A stretch of DNA of 64,000 bases from a virus (Duplodnaviria > Caudoviricetes), in the IMG/VR virus record IMGVR_UViG_3300044633_001982; one strand, given 5' to 3'. Of this stretch, positions 1 to 8,674 are shown piece after piece (within the stretch, counting starts at the first letter, position 1; every line of letters starts with the position of its first letter). The notes under the pieces were generated by a model that had not been told where the DNA came from, did not search any database, and saw only the letters and a list, made by a program, of their open reading frames with translations. A program made the position numbers and the translations under genes.

Positions 1-36
1 AAACGGTGATTTAATTAATAAACAACCTTAATAATA

Positions 37-44
37 TATTTATA
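37..44 (+). promoter_or_regulatory. TATTTAT late motif
   Basis: Part of the palindrome TATTTATAAATA, upstream of ATG 56. Confidence 0.5.
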
Positions 45-55
45 AATAAAAAATT

Positions 56-643
56 ATGGCAGATATTTTAATTTCTAATTTACCCCTTTACACAGGGGAT
101 ACTAATGGTTCGTATTTAATTATGAACAACAGTGCTCAAACTATAACATATAAAGTTACAAAACAAACTTTTATTGATACTGGAGTGGCATCATATTCAT
201 GGACAACAAACTATGCTAACTTAACAAATGGGGCGGAAAATTACCCAAGATGGGATACCGAAGTATTCAACTCTAACACAAATATTTTTGAGTTAGTTAA
301 CTCAAGCGGGGCTGGTAATACAGGTGCAAGAATTTTTTTAAAAGAGTCTGGTTATTATGAATTAATAAGTCAGGTTCACCTTTTTGACGCATTTGGTAAC
401 CAAGACCTTTTGGTAAAATATAACTCAGCGACTGGTTCAACTGATGCAATGTCTGTAGGTACATTAATTAGTGATGAAAAATTTGTGGAAACAACTGGTG
501 ACAGATTAATTAACGGTACTATTTGTTTTTTCATATCTACCCCAACGTATATAACTATTTCAATAAATCCAAGTAATAATTCACCATTCCCTTCTAACGC
601 AAACTCAACACCGACTAGAATTTTTGTTAAAAAATTACCATAA
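56..643 (+). CDS. Putative virion fibre/decoration protein with C-terminal C1q/TNF-like beta-sandwich
   Basis: 195-aa ORF. The MADILISNLP start resembles phage fibre-type N-termini, GYYELISQVHL fits a C1q-like strand pattern, and a TATTTAT motif lies upstream. Confidence 0.45.
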   Translation: MADILISNLPLYTGDTNGSYLIMNNSAQTITYKVTKQTFIDTGVASYSWTTNYANLTNGAENYPRWDTEVFNSNTNIFELVNSSGAGNTGARIFLKESGYYELISQVHLFDAFGNQDLLVKYNSATGSTDAMSVGTLISDEKFVETTGDRLINGTICFFISTPTYITISINPSNNSPFPSNANSTPTRIFVKKLP

Positions 644-687
644 ATTTACTTTAATGGTTTTAAAAATTATTACTATATAAGTTAAAA

Positions 688-2343
688 ATGGCAATTAGAT
701 TTTCAGGAAATACAAAAGAGACAGTTTACAACATAGTTAGTAAAACTTCCGATAATGTTGGATACTATAACCAATTGTATGGTGGATTTTATCAAGGATT
801 TTTTAAATTATTTGGTTATGATTATGAAACTTTTCCAAACCGATGTAACAAAGGTTGGTCTGTTGAGATGTTGTTGAGAGCGAGACAAGAAGACCAATTT
901 TTTCATACTTCGGGTCAAACAACTTTAAATGAGGTTTACCCAAACAACGACAATACTTTTTTTTATTTTGGTACAAGAGCTGAAAATAAATATTATCATC
1001 ATGCGTCGGGGTCTCCTGAATCTGATTCAGGGTACACAAGAGTTACAGAAGTATTGAGTGGGTGTCTAAAAACATGTGCATGTTCAGATACCGGAGTAAC
1101 AATTTCAAGATGTTTAGAAGATGTTTATGAACCATTAAATTATACAAGTCAACATAATGTTGAGTGTAATTGTGGGTGTTCTGAAACCTCAGTCGCAAAT
1201 CCGGATAAAGACCCGTTATTTGACTCAATGTCAAACACTTTATCGCTAAGACTTTTAGGTGACCCAAAAAATCCTAAAGTTTGTGTTAGAGTTCTTAAAT
1301 TTACGGGAGGATGTGAAACAACAGGAAGTTGTGAGACAACAGGAATTACTTACACAACAGGTTACACTATAACTGATTATTGTTCAAGTAAAACTATTTT
1401 TGATTACTGTTCATCAAGTCAAACTTATTTAAATAAAGAACATTGGTTTTTAATCGATTGTGTTTGGGAACGTAATTCTTATTATGATGAATGTGATTTA
1501 TTATACAGAGGAGGATTAGATTCTATTACCAATTTATATTATGTAAATTCATTGGCAGGAAATGCGGTTAGCTTAATTACAATACCGTACACACATTCAG
1601 GAGAGACTCCTGCAGACCAAATTGAAGTAGTTAATCTAAATGAGGAATGGTTGATTGAAAAGGACCAAAGATTAGGTTCTTTGAAGATATACATAAATGG
1701 TAGATTATTCTACGTTATTAACGGATTTGAAGAAGTAATCCCAAGAGGATTAAATACTGAAAAAGAAAAACAAATAGGGGTTCCCTTCAATATCGGATGG
1801 GGTGGAGGTACACAAGGATTAAGAGAAAGTTTAACTTTTAGAGAATGTCCGACTTCATTGTCTGGATTAACGTATCAACAAGACCCTGAATGTATGCCAA
1901 ACGAAACATTATCGGGGACATCCTTATCAGCGTTAACCACAAATATTTTTATTGAACCTAATTTTGCAGGTTCATTTGACGGAGCAATTTCACAATTTAG
2001 AATGTATACCGAACCTTTAACATACCCCGAAGTTGTTCATAATTTTGATATACTGAAAGGTAATTTTGAGTTGTTTGATTACAAATGCCCAAGTTGTTCT
2101 GATGGTGTAATAAATGATATAATTGGAGTTAGTTCAGGTACTGATATTATATTTTCATCTGATGAGTTTTCAGGAATGACATTTAATCTTTACTATTATA
2201 AAGATTCAGGAGAACCAAGATATGTGGTTGTTGAAAATGAAACTTTCCCATACATCATGAATACTTTGTCAGTACCTAATTGTTGTGGTAATAATTTTTA
2301 TTTTTATATTATTGAATTAGACCAAACATTCCTTTACACCTAA
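688..2343 (+). CDS. Cys-rich putative virion protein with C-terminal LamG/concanavalin A-like domain
   Basis: 551 aa. LKIYINGRL...FAGSFDGAISQFRMYTEPLTYPEVVHNF matches the LamG_3 C-terminal pattern; about 21 Cys. Confidence 0.6.
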   Translation: MAIRFSGNTKETVYNIVSKTSDNVGYYNQLYGGFYQGFFKLFGYDYETFPNRCNKGWSVEMLLRARQEDQFFHTSGQTTLNEVYPNNDNTFFYFGTRAENKYYHHASGSPESDSGYTRVTEVLSGCLKTCACSDTGVTISRCLEDVYEPLNYTSQHNVECNCGCSETSVANPDKDPLFDSMSNTLSLRLLGDPKNPKVCVRVLKFTGGCETTGSCETTGITYTTGYTITDYCSSKTIFDYCSSSQTYLNKEHWFLIDCVWERNSYYDECDLLYRGGLDSITNLYYVNSLAGNAVSLITIPYTHSGETPADQIEVVNLNEEWLIEKDQRLGSLKIYINGRLFYVINGFEEVIPRGLNTEKEKQIGVPFNIGWGGGTQGLRESLTFRECPTSLSGLTYQQDPECMPNETLSGTSLSALTTNIFIEPNFAGSFDGAISQFRMYTEPLTYPEVVHNFDILKGNFELFDYKCPSCSDGVINDIIGVSSGTDIIFSSDEFSGMTFNLYYYKDSGEPRYVVVENETFPYIMNTLSVPNCCGNNFYFYIIELDQTFLYT

Positions 2344-2379
2344 TTTTATTTTTATATTTTTTGGTTAAAAATACTAATA

Positions 2380-3624
2380 ATGAAAATTTTTATCCAAGTC
2401 GCGTCTTATAGAGACCCACAATTAATACCAACTATTAAATCCGCATTAGATAATGCCAAACATCCTGAAAATTTAATATTCGGAATTGCCAGACAATTTC
2501 ATATTGAAGATGGATTTGATAATTTGGATGAATATAGAGGTGATGACAGATTTAGAATTTTAGATATTCCATGTGAAGAATCTAAAGGGGCTTGTTGGGC
2601 TAGAAATCAAATACAACAACTTTATCAAAAAGAAGAATACACATTACAAATTGATTCTCACATGAGATTCGCTGAAAATTGGGATGTTGAAATGATTGAT
2701 ATCATTAAAAAGTTACAGAAAAAAGGACATAAAAAACCTTTATTAACAGGATATGTTCCATCTTTTGACCCTGACGATGACCCAAACTCTAGAGTTATGG
2801 AACCTTGGAGAATGGTTTTTGATAGATTCATACCTGAAGGGGCGGTATTTTTCCTACCTGAAGTAATCCCTGGATGGCAAAGTATGACAGAACCAGTTCC
2901 TGCAAGATTTTACTCAGCACATTATTGTTTCACATTAGGTAAATTTTCCAAAGAAGTACAACATGACCCTGAATTTTATTTTCATGGTGAGGAGATATCA
3001 ATTGCAGCTAGAGCGTACACACATGGTTATGATTTATTTCATATACATAAAATTCTTATTTGGCACGAATATACCAGAAAGGGAAGAACTAAACAATGGG
3101 ATGATGATAAAGATTGGGTAAGTAAAAATGATTATTGTCACAAAAAAAATAGAAGTCTATTTGGAATGGATGGTGAAGAACCAATGAACCATGGAAAATA
3201 TGGATTTGGTAAACAAAGGACATTAAAAGACTATGAAAAATATTCAGGGTTACTTTTTTCCAAAAGAGCAATCCAACAATGGACAATAGATAAACATTAC
3301 CCACCAAATCCTTATAATTTTAATTCTGAAGAAGAATGGATGAATTCATTCTCATCGATTTTTAAACATTGTATTGATTTACAATATTCTCAAGTACCTG
3401 AAAAAGATTATGAATTTTGGGTTGTTGCATTTCATGATGAAACAGATGAAACACTTTTTAGAAAAGATGCCGATAAATCTGAAATTGCAAGAATGATGGA
3501 TGACCCTGATGGTTATATAAAAATTTGGAGAGAATTTAATATGACTAAAAAACCAACATATTGGGTTGTTTGGCCATATTCAGAATCAAAAGGATGGGGT
3601 GAAAGAATAACAGGTAATTTATAA
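2380..3624 (+). CDS. GT60-like alpha-GlcNAc transferase (Gnt1/GlcNAc family)
   Basis: IFIQVASYRD at the N-terminus, GACWAR, YTLQIDSHMRF (DSH motif) and FHGEEISIAARAYTHGYD are hallmark GT60 motifs. Confidence 0.8.
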   Translation: MKIFIQVASYRDPQLIPTIKSALDNAKHPENLIFGIARQFHIEDGFDNLDEYRGDDRFRILDIPCEESKGACWARNQIQQLYQKEEYTLQIDSHMRFAENWDVEMIDIIKKLQKKGHKKPLLTGYVPSFDPDDDPNSRVMEPWRMVFDRFIPEGAVFFLPEVIPGWQSMTEPVPARFYSAHYCFTLGKFSKEVQHDPEFYFHGEEISIAARAYTHGYDLFHIHKILIWHEYTRKGRTKQWDDDKDWVSKNDYCHKKNRSLFGMDGEEPMNHGKYGFGKQRTLKDYEKYSGLLFSKRAIQQWTIDKHYPPNPYNFNSEEEWMNSFSSIFKHCIDLQYSQVPEKDYEFWVVAFHDETDETLFRKDADKSEIARMMDDPDGYIKIWREFNMTKKPTYWVVWPYSESKGWGERITGNL

Positions 3625-3626
3625 TT

Positions 3627-4469
3627 ATGGTTGAAATTTTTGATGGTTACTGTGAAGGATTGAAAGGAGGTCACTTTTCTAGTTACAGAAAAAACTTAGG
3701 AAATAAATTATTTATTTATTCTGTTAGTAGACTTATTGCCGATGAATTAAATTATGATTTAATTGTTCCTGATAATTCATTAATACGTAGAGAAGAATTA
3801 AGTGTTGGTCAATATGTTGAGCAAGTATTCCCATTTAAATCCATTACCGGAAAAGAGTCAATTGAAGGTCCAGTCATCTCAATTGGGGACACTGATGTAT
3901 TAACATTGAATACTGTCGAAAAAATGGTAGACCATTGTCGGGGACATAAAATTATTTCCGCCTCCTATTTTTCTAAGTACGATTATATTAAACCGTACAA
4001 AGAAAAAGTTAGAAATTTTCTTTCAGAAATAGTATTACCAAAAAGAAATGATGACGATTTGGTTTTGATGTTAAGAAATAGTAGAGACGATGGTAGATTT
4101 GTATTGCCTGATGAATATTACCTTAACATTTTGGAAAAAGAAAATTTTAAAAATTTATACGTTTCTTTTGACCATGTCTATAACCATAAAAGTATTTTAG
4201 ATAAATTACAAATTTATAATCCAAAATATATTGAGGGTTCAATTTTAGATGTGTTTAAAGAACTAACATCATTTAATAAAATAATTGCTTGTCAAGGTAC
4301 ATTTTCATTTTGGGTATGTTTCTTATCAAATGCGAGTAAAATATATTGGCCGGTCACTAACGATGGGCCAAATTCAAACAATAAAAATTTTGGAACTCAT
4401 GTTAATTTAAAAGTTGATGATGAAGACCGATATGTTCACATTAAAATTGATGACATTTATAAAAAATGA
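3627..4469 (+). CDS. GT11-like alpha-1,2-fucosyltransferase (divergent)
   Basis: N-terminal LGNKLFIY, LMLRNSRDD (cf. HxRRGD) and IIACQGTFSFW (cf. IIANSSFSWW). Confidence 0.6.
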   Translation: MVEIFDGYCEGLKGGHFSSYRKNLGNKLFIYSVSRLIADELNYDLIVPDNSLIRREELSVGQYVEQVFPFKSITGKESIEGPVISIGDTDVLTLNTVEKMVDHCRGHKIISASYFSKYDYIKPYKEKVRNFLSEIVLPKRNDDDLVLMLRNSRDDGRFVLPDEYYLNILEKENFKNLYVSFDHVYNHKSILDKLQIYNPKYIEGSILDVFKELTSFNKIIACQGTFSFWVCFLSNASKIYWPVTNDGPNSNNKNFGTHVNLKVDDEDRYVHIKIDDIYKK

Positions 4470-5455
4470 AGACTATAAGAATAAGTAGAGCTAATTTTCC
4501 AGGTGTGGGGAATTTTTCATGGATGAATTTCTTTTATGAAATATTATCCAAAAAATATAATGTAATAATAGATTCTAAAAATCCTGATTTGGTTATTTAT
4601 ACTAACCAATTTTACAGAGAAAACGAATTAGATTTTTACACTAACGAAATTGTTAAAGGTATTCATGAATACAATGATAACGTAAAAAAAATATTCATAA
4701 GTGGTGAGGCAAGACCTGATTTCTTATCTCATTTAAATAAAGGGGAAAACTATTACGCTTTAGGATATGAACACCATGACCATGACAGATATTTAAGGTT
4801 CCCAACATATGTTTTAGACGCGCATGTACTCCATAATGAAGGAGGTCTATTTGAAAGTAATTTTGGTTGGTTAACCAAACCAAAAAAATACGAAGATATT
4901 AAACTAATAAAAAAACATTTTTGTAGTTTAGTTCAAGCAAGTTTTAATCCCGATAGAGACCAATTTTTTAATATTGTGGAAAAGTATCATTATATTAAAA
5001 GTTCAGGTCCGTATCGACAAACAATACCTGATTCAGAAACCTTAAATCCTCACAAATATCATAACTATTCCAATAAAGATTATATGGGAAAAATTGACGG
5101 GTTAACCTATAGGGATAAAATTAATTTTTTCTCAGACTGTACATTCAACATGGCTTTTCAATATACTAATACGGATTATCTAACTCAAGAAAAAATAATA
5201 CATGCATTCGCTTCTAATTCAATTCCAATATTTTATGGTAACCAATACATTGAAGAAGAAGGATTTAATCCTGAGTCATTTATCAATGCTCACAAATTTA
5301 AAAATTTTGATGAATTAGTCGATGAATTAAATACAATATATTCTGATAATAATAAATTAAAATCTTATTTTGAATCTCCTATTTTTAATGAAAATAAATT
5401 ACCAATTTATTTCGATGAGGATTACATTTTAGATTTTTTTAGTAAAATTATTTAA
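4466..5455 (+). CDS. GT10-like alpha-1,3/4-fucosyltransferase
   Basis: KINFFSDCTFNMAFQYTNTDYLTQEKIIHAFASNSIPIFYG corresponds to the GT10 fucosyltransferase motif (FENS...YVTEK...PIYWG). ATGA overlap with the previous gene. Confidence 0.8.
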   Translation: MKTIRISRANFPGVGNFSWMNFFYEILSKKYNVIIDSKNPDLVIYTNQFYRENELDFYTNEIVKGIHEYNDNVKKIFISGEARPDFLSHLNKGENYYALGYEHHDHDRYLRFPTYVLDAHVLHNEGGLFESNFGWLTKPKKYEDIKLIKKHFCSLVQASFNPDRDQFFNIVEKYHYIKSSGPYRQTIPDSETLNPHKYHNYSNKDYMGKIDGLTYRDKINFFSDCTFNMAFQYTNTDYLTQEKIIHAFASNSIPIFYGNQYIEEEGFNPESFINAHKFKNFDELVDELNTIYSDNNKLKSYFESPIFNENKLPIYFDEDYILDFFSKII

Positions 5456-5456
5456 T

Positions 5457-6134
5457 ATGAAATCAATTTCTTACAGTTTATTTGGATTAGACTACAAATA
5501 TTACACAGGTGCTGAGAAAAATATTTTAATCAATCAAAAGTTATTACCTGATTGGGAAACGGTGATTTATTACCATCCTGAAATGATTCGTAACGAATAT
5601 ATTGATAAATTATCAAATATGGGGGCAAAAATGATTGACGTGTCGTCTTTTTCATTTGGTAATCGTCCTCCAAAAGATTACCCATTTTTTTGGAGATTTA
5701 TTTCTTTTTTTGATGACGGGATTACAATATCTAGAGATTTAGATAGTAGACTTTCTGAACGAGAAGTGGAATATATCAATAGATGGGTACAATCTAATAA
5801 AGATTATTTTATAATAAGAGACCACCCGTGGCATTCTCCAGTACCTAGTGGTTTATTTGGTATAATACGAAAAATTACTGATTTTGAGGACCATTTTAAT
5901 AGTTTTATTAGTAGTTCTGATTTGAGATGGGGGACTGACCAAGAAATTTTACATGAATATATGTCAAAAATTTCAGATGATAATATTTTTTACTGTGGGT
6001 ATGACAAACCTGAGACCTATATACGTAGAGATAATAAAAATTTTTTTATTGGAATTCAGTTAGATGAATACGATAACCCAACTAAACCAAGCGGGGAGCA
6101 ATGCCTGCAATATTTAAATGATTTAAATTTATAA
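5457..6134 (+). CDS. Putative GT-A fold glycosyltransferase
   Basis: ISYSLFG start, FWRF, ISRDLDSRLSERE (DxD-like) and IRDHPWH match a widespread GT-like family; lies inside the GT cluster. Confidence 0.55.
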   Translation: MKSISYSLFGLDYKYYTGAEKNILINQKLLPDWETVIYYHPEMIRNEYIDKLSNMGAKMIDVSSFSFGNRPPKDYPFFWRFISFFDDGITISRDLDSRLSEREVEYINRWVQSNKDYFIIRDHPWHSPVPSGLFGIIRKITDFEDHFNSFISSSDLRWGTDQEILHEYMSKISDDNIFYCGYDKPETYIRRDNKNFFIGIQLDEYDNPTKPSGEQCLQYLNDLNL

Positions 6135-6136
6135 AT

Positions 6137-6877
6137 ATGAGATACTGTTTTACAACACTAGCAATCAACGAACCTTATGAAACTATCACTCCTGAGTTTT
6201 ATAAAGAGTTACGTGAAAAAACTAAAGAATGTGAGTTTTTTATCACAACAAATAATGAACAATTAAGAAATCAAGGTGACAGAATTCACACAAAAATTGT
6301 TAACCCACCATTATATGATTCAAGGGGAGGATTTAATTTTAATTTAAATTTAAAAGTTTTATCTTTAAAACATATACTAGAACATCAGAAAGAAACTGGA
6401 AATAGTCCCGATTATATTATTTTTACTGATGGTGATTGGAGAATGCATGATGGATTTGATGAACAAAAAATATTAAACATGCTTGACCATATGGAACAAA
6501 ATAATGTTGATTTTTTGTTTGAAAGACCCGCACCAATTGGTCCTCACAAGTTAAATCCAAATGAAAGTTTTTTTAGAGATAAACTTTTTGATTACGATGT
6601 TTTTGACCATAATAAATGGGATGAGGCTCATGTGGTTAACGAACAATTTTTAGTTTTTAGGAACAATTCAAAATTTAAATTTTTTGTACAAAGATGGGAA
6701 CAATTTTTATGGTATAGTATCGCTAATGACATTAGAAATTATCCTGATGGTTTTGAAATTGGAATTTCAGCATTAGAAGCTGACATGAAATACCAATATG
6801 AAGGAGTTTTAAATCACTTCATTCAAAATTGTTTTTCGTTCTACACTAAACTTGGAGATTTTCACGTTAGATTCTAA
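6137..6877 (+). CDS. Putative nucleotide-diphospho-sugar transferase (GT-A)
   Basis: LNLKVLSLK followed by YIIFTDGDW (DxD after a hydrophobic strand); cluster context. Confidence 0.55.
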   Translation: MRYCFTTLAINEPYETITPEFYKELREKTKECEFFITTNNEQLRNQGDRIHTKIVNPPLYDSRGGFNFNLNLKVLSLKHILEHQKETGNSPDYIIFTDGDWRMHDGFDEQKILNMLDHMEQNNVDFLFERPAPIGPHKLNPNESFFRDKLFDYDVFDHNKWDEAHVVNEQFLVFRNNSKFKFFVQRWEQFLWYSIANDIRNYPDGFEIGISALEADMKYQYEGVLNHFIQNCFSFYTKLGDFHVRF

Positions 6878-7797
6878 TGAAAACTAAAATAGTAACCGCC
6901 TTATGGCTAGATGTCGCTGGGTACCCTTTCCAAGGGGCTAGCTCAGTTAGAAAAGATAGATATTATGGGTCTTTAATTAGTCATTGCCGTGGTATTAATT
7001 TTCCAGTTGTTTGTTACACTCACGAAAAAAATAAATCCGAAATTGAAAAACTTAAATTAGATTATAATTTATCTAATCTTGAAATTAAAATATTGGAATT
7101 ATCTGACATGAAGTATCATAAAAAAATAAAAGATGTTAGAGATAAAAATTTTGATACTGACTTAGATGGTAGAGGACCTGAAATAATGTGGGGAAAATTC
7201 CAAGTTCTTGAACAAGAGTTAGAAGGTTTTGATAGGGTCTATTGGGTTGACGGAGGATTACAACATCCAGGGATATTCCCGTGGATGTACTGTGTTCCAT
7301 ATGGGGATAAAAAATTTCATAATCCAAATGAAGTACCTGTGTGGAATAATAATCAAATATCTCAATATGATTTTACAAAATTATTCAATACTGAACTTTT
7401 CATAAAAATGAATGAGATTAGTGAGAATAAAGTTTTAAATTTAACCGCAACAAATCCTCAATCAGGATATGTTTTTAAAACTAAAGGAATAATTGATTAT
7501 GATATTAGACCATATTATCCTATTGCAGGTATGATTGGAGGAGATACTAAACAGTTAAAAAATTATATAAATGAGTATTGGAATTTTTGTGATAAAATTA
7601 TTGATAAAGAATTTTTATGTACAGAAGAATCAATAATGAAATTAGTTTATGATAAATTAAAAGACATTGTTCATCCTTTAATTTTTGACGTTCACCAAAC
7701 TGATGAACATGACCAATATCATTTTGAACTTTGGGACCCATCTTGGGGTAAACCTAAACCATTATACATGGTTTGGATAGACATTTTAAATAGTTAA
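6877..7797 (+). CDS. HtrL/YibB (WlaTC)-like glycosyltransferase
   Basis: IVTALW, YWVDGGL, AGMIGG and TEESIM motifs, shared with the N-terminal half of 8661..10343. Confidence 0.6.
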   Translation: MKTKIVTALWLDVAGYPFQGASSVRKDRYYGSLISHCRGINFPVVCYTHEKNKSEIEKLKLDYNLSNLEIKILELSDMKYHKKIKDVRDKNFDTDLDGRGPEIMWGKFQVLEQELEGFDRVYWVDGGLQHPGIFPWMYCVPYGDKKFHNPNEVPVWNNNQISQYDFTKLFNTELFIKMNEISENKVLNLTATNPQSGYVFKTKGIIDYDIRPYYPIAGMIGGDTKQLKNYINEYWNFCDKIIDKEFLCTEESIMKLVYDKLKDIVHPLIFDVHQTDEHDQYHFELWDPSWGKPKPLYMVWIDILNS

Positions 7798-7801
7798 AAA
7801 T

Positions 7802-8674
7802 ATGAATGCGTATATTACTACCGGTATGAATTCAGGTTTGGGGGATATGTATTCAACAATCTATTCAGTATATCTAACACAAGAAAAATTAAAAGAGATG
7901 GGATATAAGGTTAAAACTTATGTTGATTTTGGCCTAAATCCTTATAAAATGAATAATGAAAATAGAGATGTTTTTTTTAAAATTTTTAAATTAGACAAGT
8001 TAGATAATTTTACATTTTTTACTAGTGGATTTAGTCCTCATGAAGGAAATTTTCCTGAAAGAAATGAAACTAAATTAGTTATTGATAATTCAAAAATATA
8101 TTATGTTTATGTTGATGAGATTATTGAGGGAGTGGAAGATTTAAATAATTTTCCTCATATTGAAAATTATAGAAAATGGATAATGTACGATGAGTGGCCA
8201 AAATTAAGTTTTTTAACTGACGAAGTGGTGTCATTCTGCGAAGAAAAACTAAAATCATTTCCTGAAAATTTTTATTGTGTACATTACAGACCTTTTGAAT
8301 TAAATAACCAAACTGAAGAATTATCAAATTCAATACAGTCAATTAAAAATTTTATTGAAAAAAATCAAGATAGACCAATATTTGTGTTTACACAATTTGA
8401 AATTTTAAAAAATGAACTTAAGCAATGTAATTATAAAAATTTATATTACAATGATTATGTTTATAAAGGTGATTTAAGTACAACAAGAAGTTTAGGATTA
8501 AGTGATGATGAATTAATGTATTTTTTTAAATCTACTTTATTTGAGATGTATGCAATGTCTAAATCTGAAAAAATATTTAGAATATGTAATTGGTGGTCTG
8601 TTTTTTTATTTTTTGCGGCATCGTACAATCAAACTAAATTAAGTAATAACATTAGATTTTTTGATTATGAGTAA
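7802..8674 (+). CDS. GT-B fucosyltransferase-like protein (GT23/NodZ/POFUT-like)
   Basis: N-terminal SGLGDMY, CVHYR (cf. GVHIR) and FEMYAMSKSEKIF (cf. DxxLLSxCD) follow the inverting fucosyltransferase superfamily pattern. Confidence 0.55.
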   Translation: MNAYITTGMNSGLGDMYSTIYSVYLTQEKLKEMGYKVKTYVDFGLNPYKMNNENRDVFFKIFKLDKLDNFTFFTSGFSPHEGNFPERNETKLVIDNSKIYYVYVDEIIEGVEDLNNFPHIENYRKWIMYDEWPKLSFLTDEVVSFCEEKLKSFPENFYCVHYRPFELNNQTEELSNSIQSIKNFIEKNQDRPIFVFTQFEILKNELKQCNYKNLYYNDYVYKGDLSTTRSLGLSDDELMYFFKSTLFEMYAMSKSEKIFRICNWWSVFLFFAASYNQTKLSNNIRFFDYE

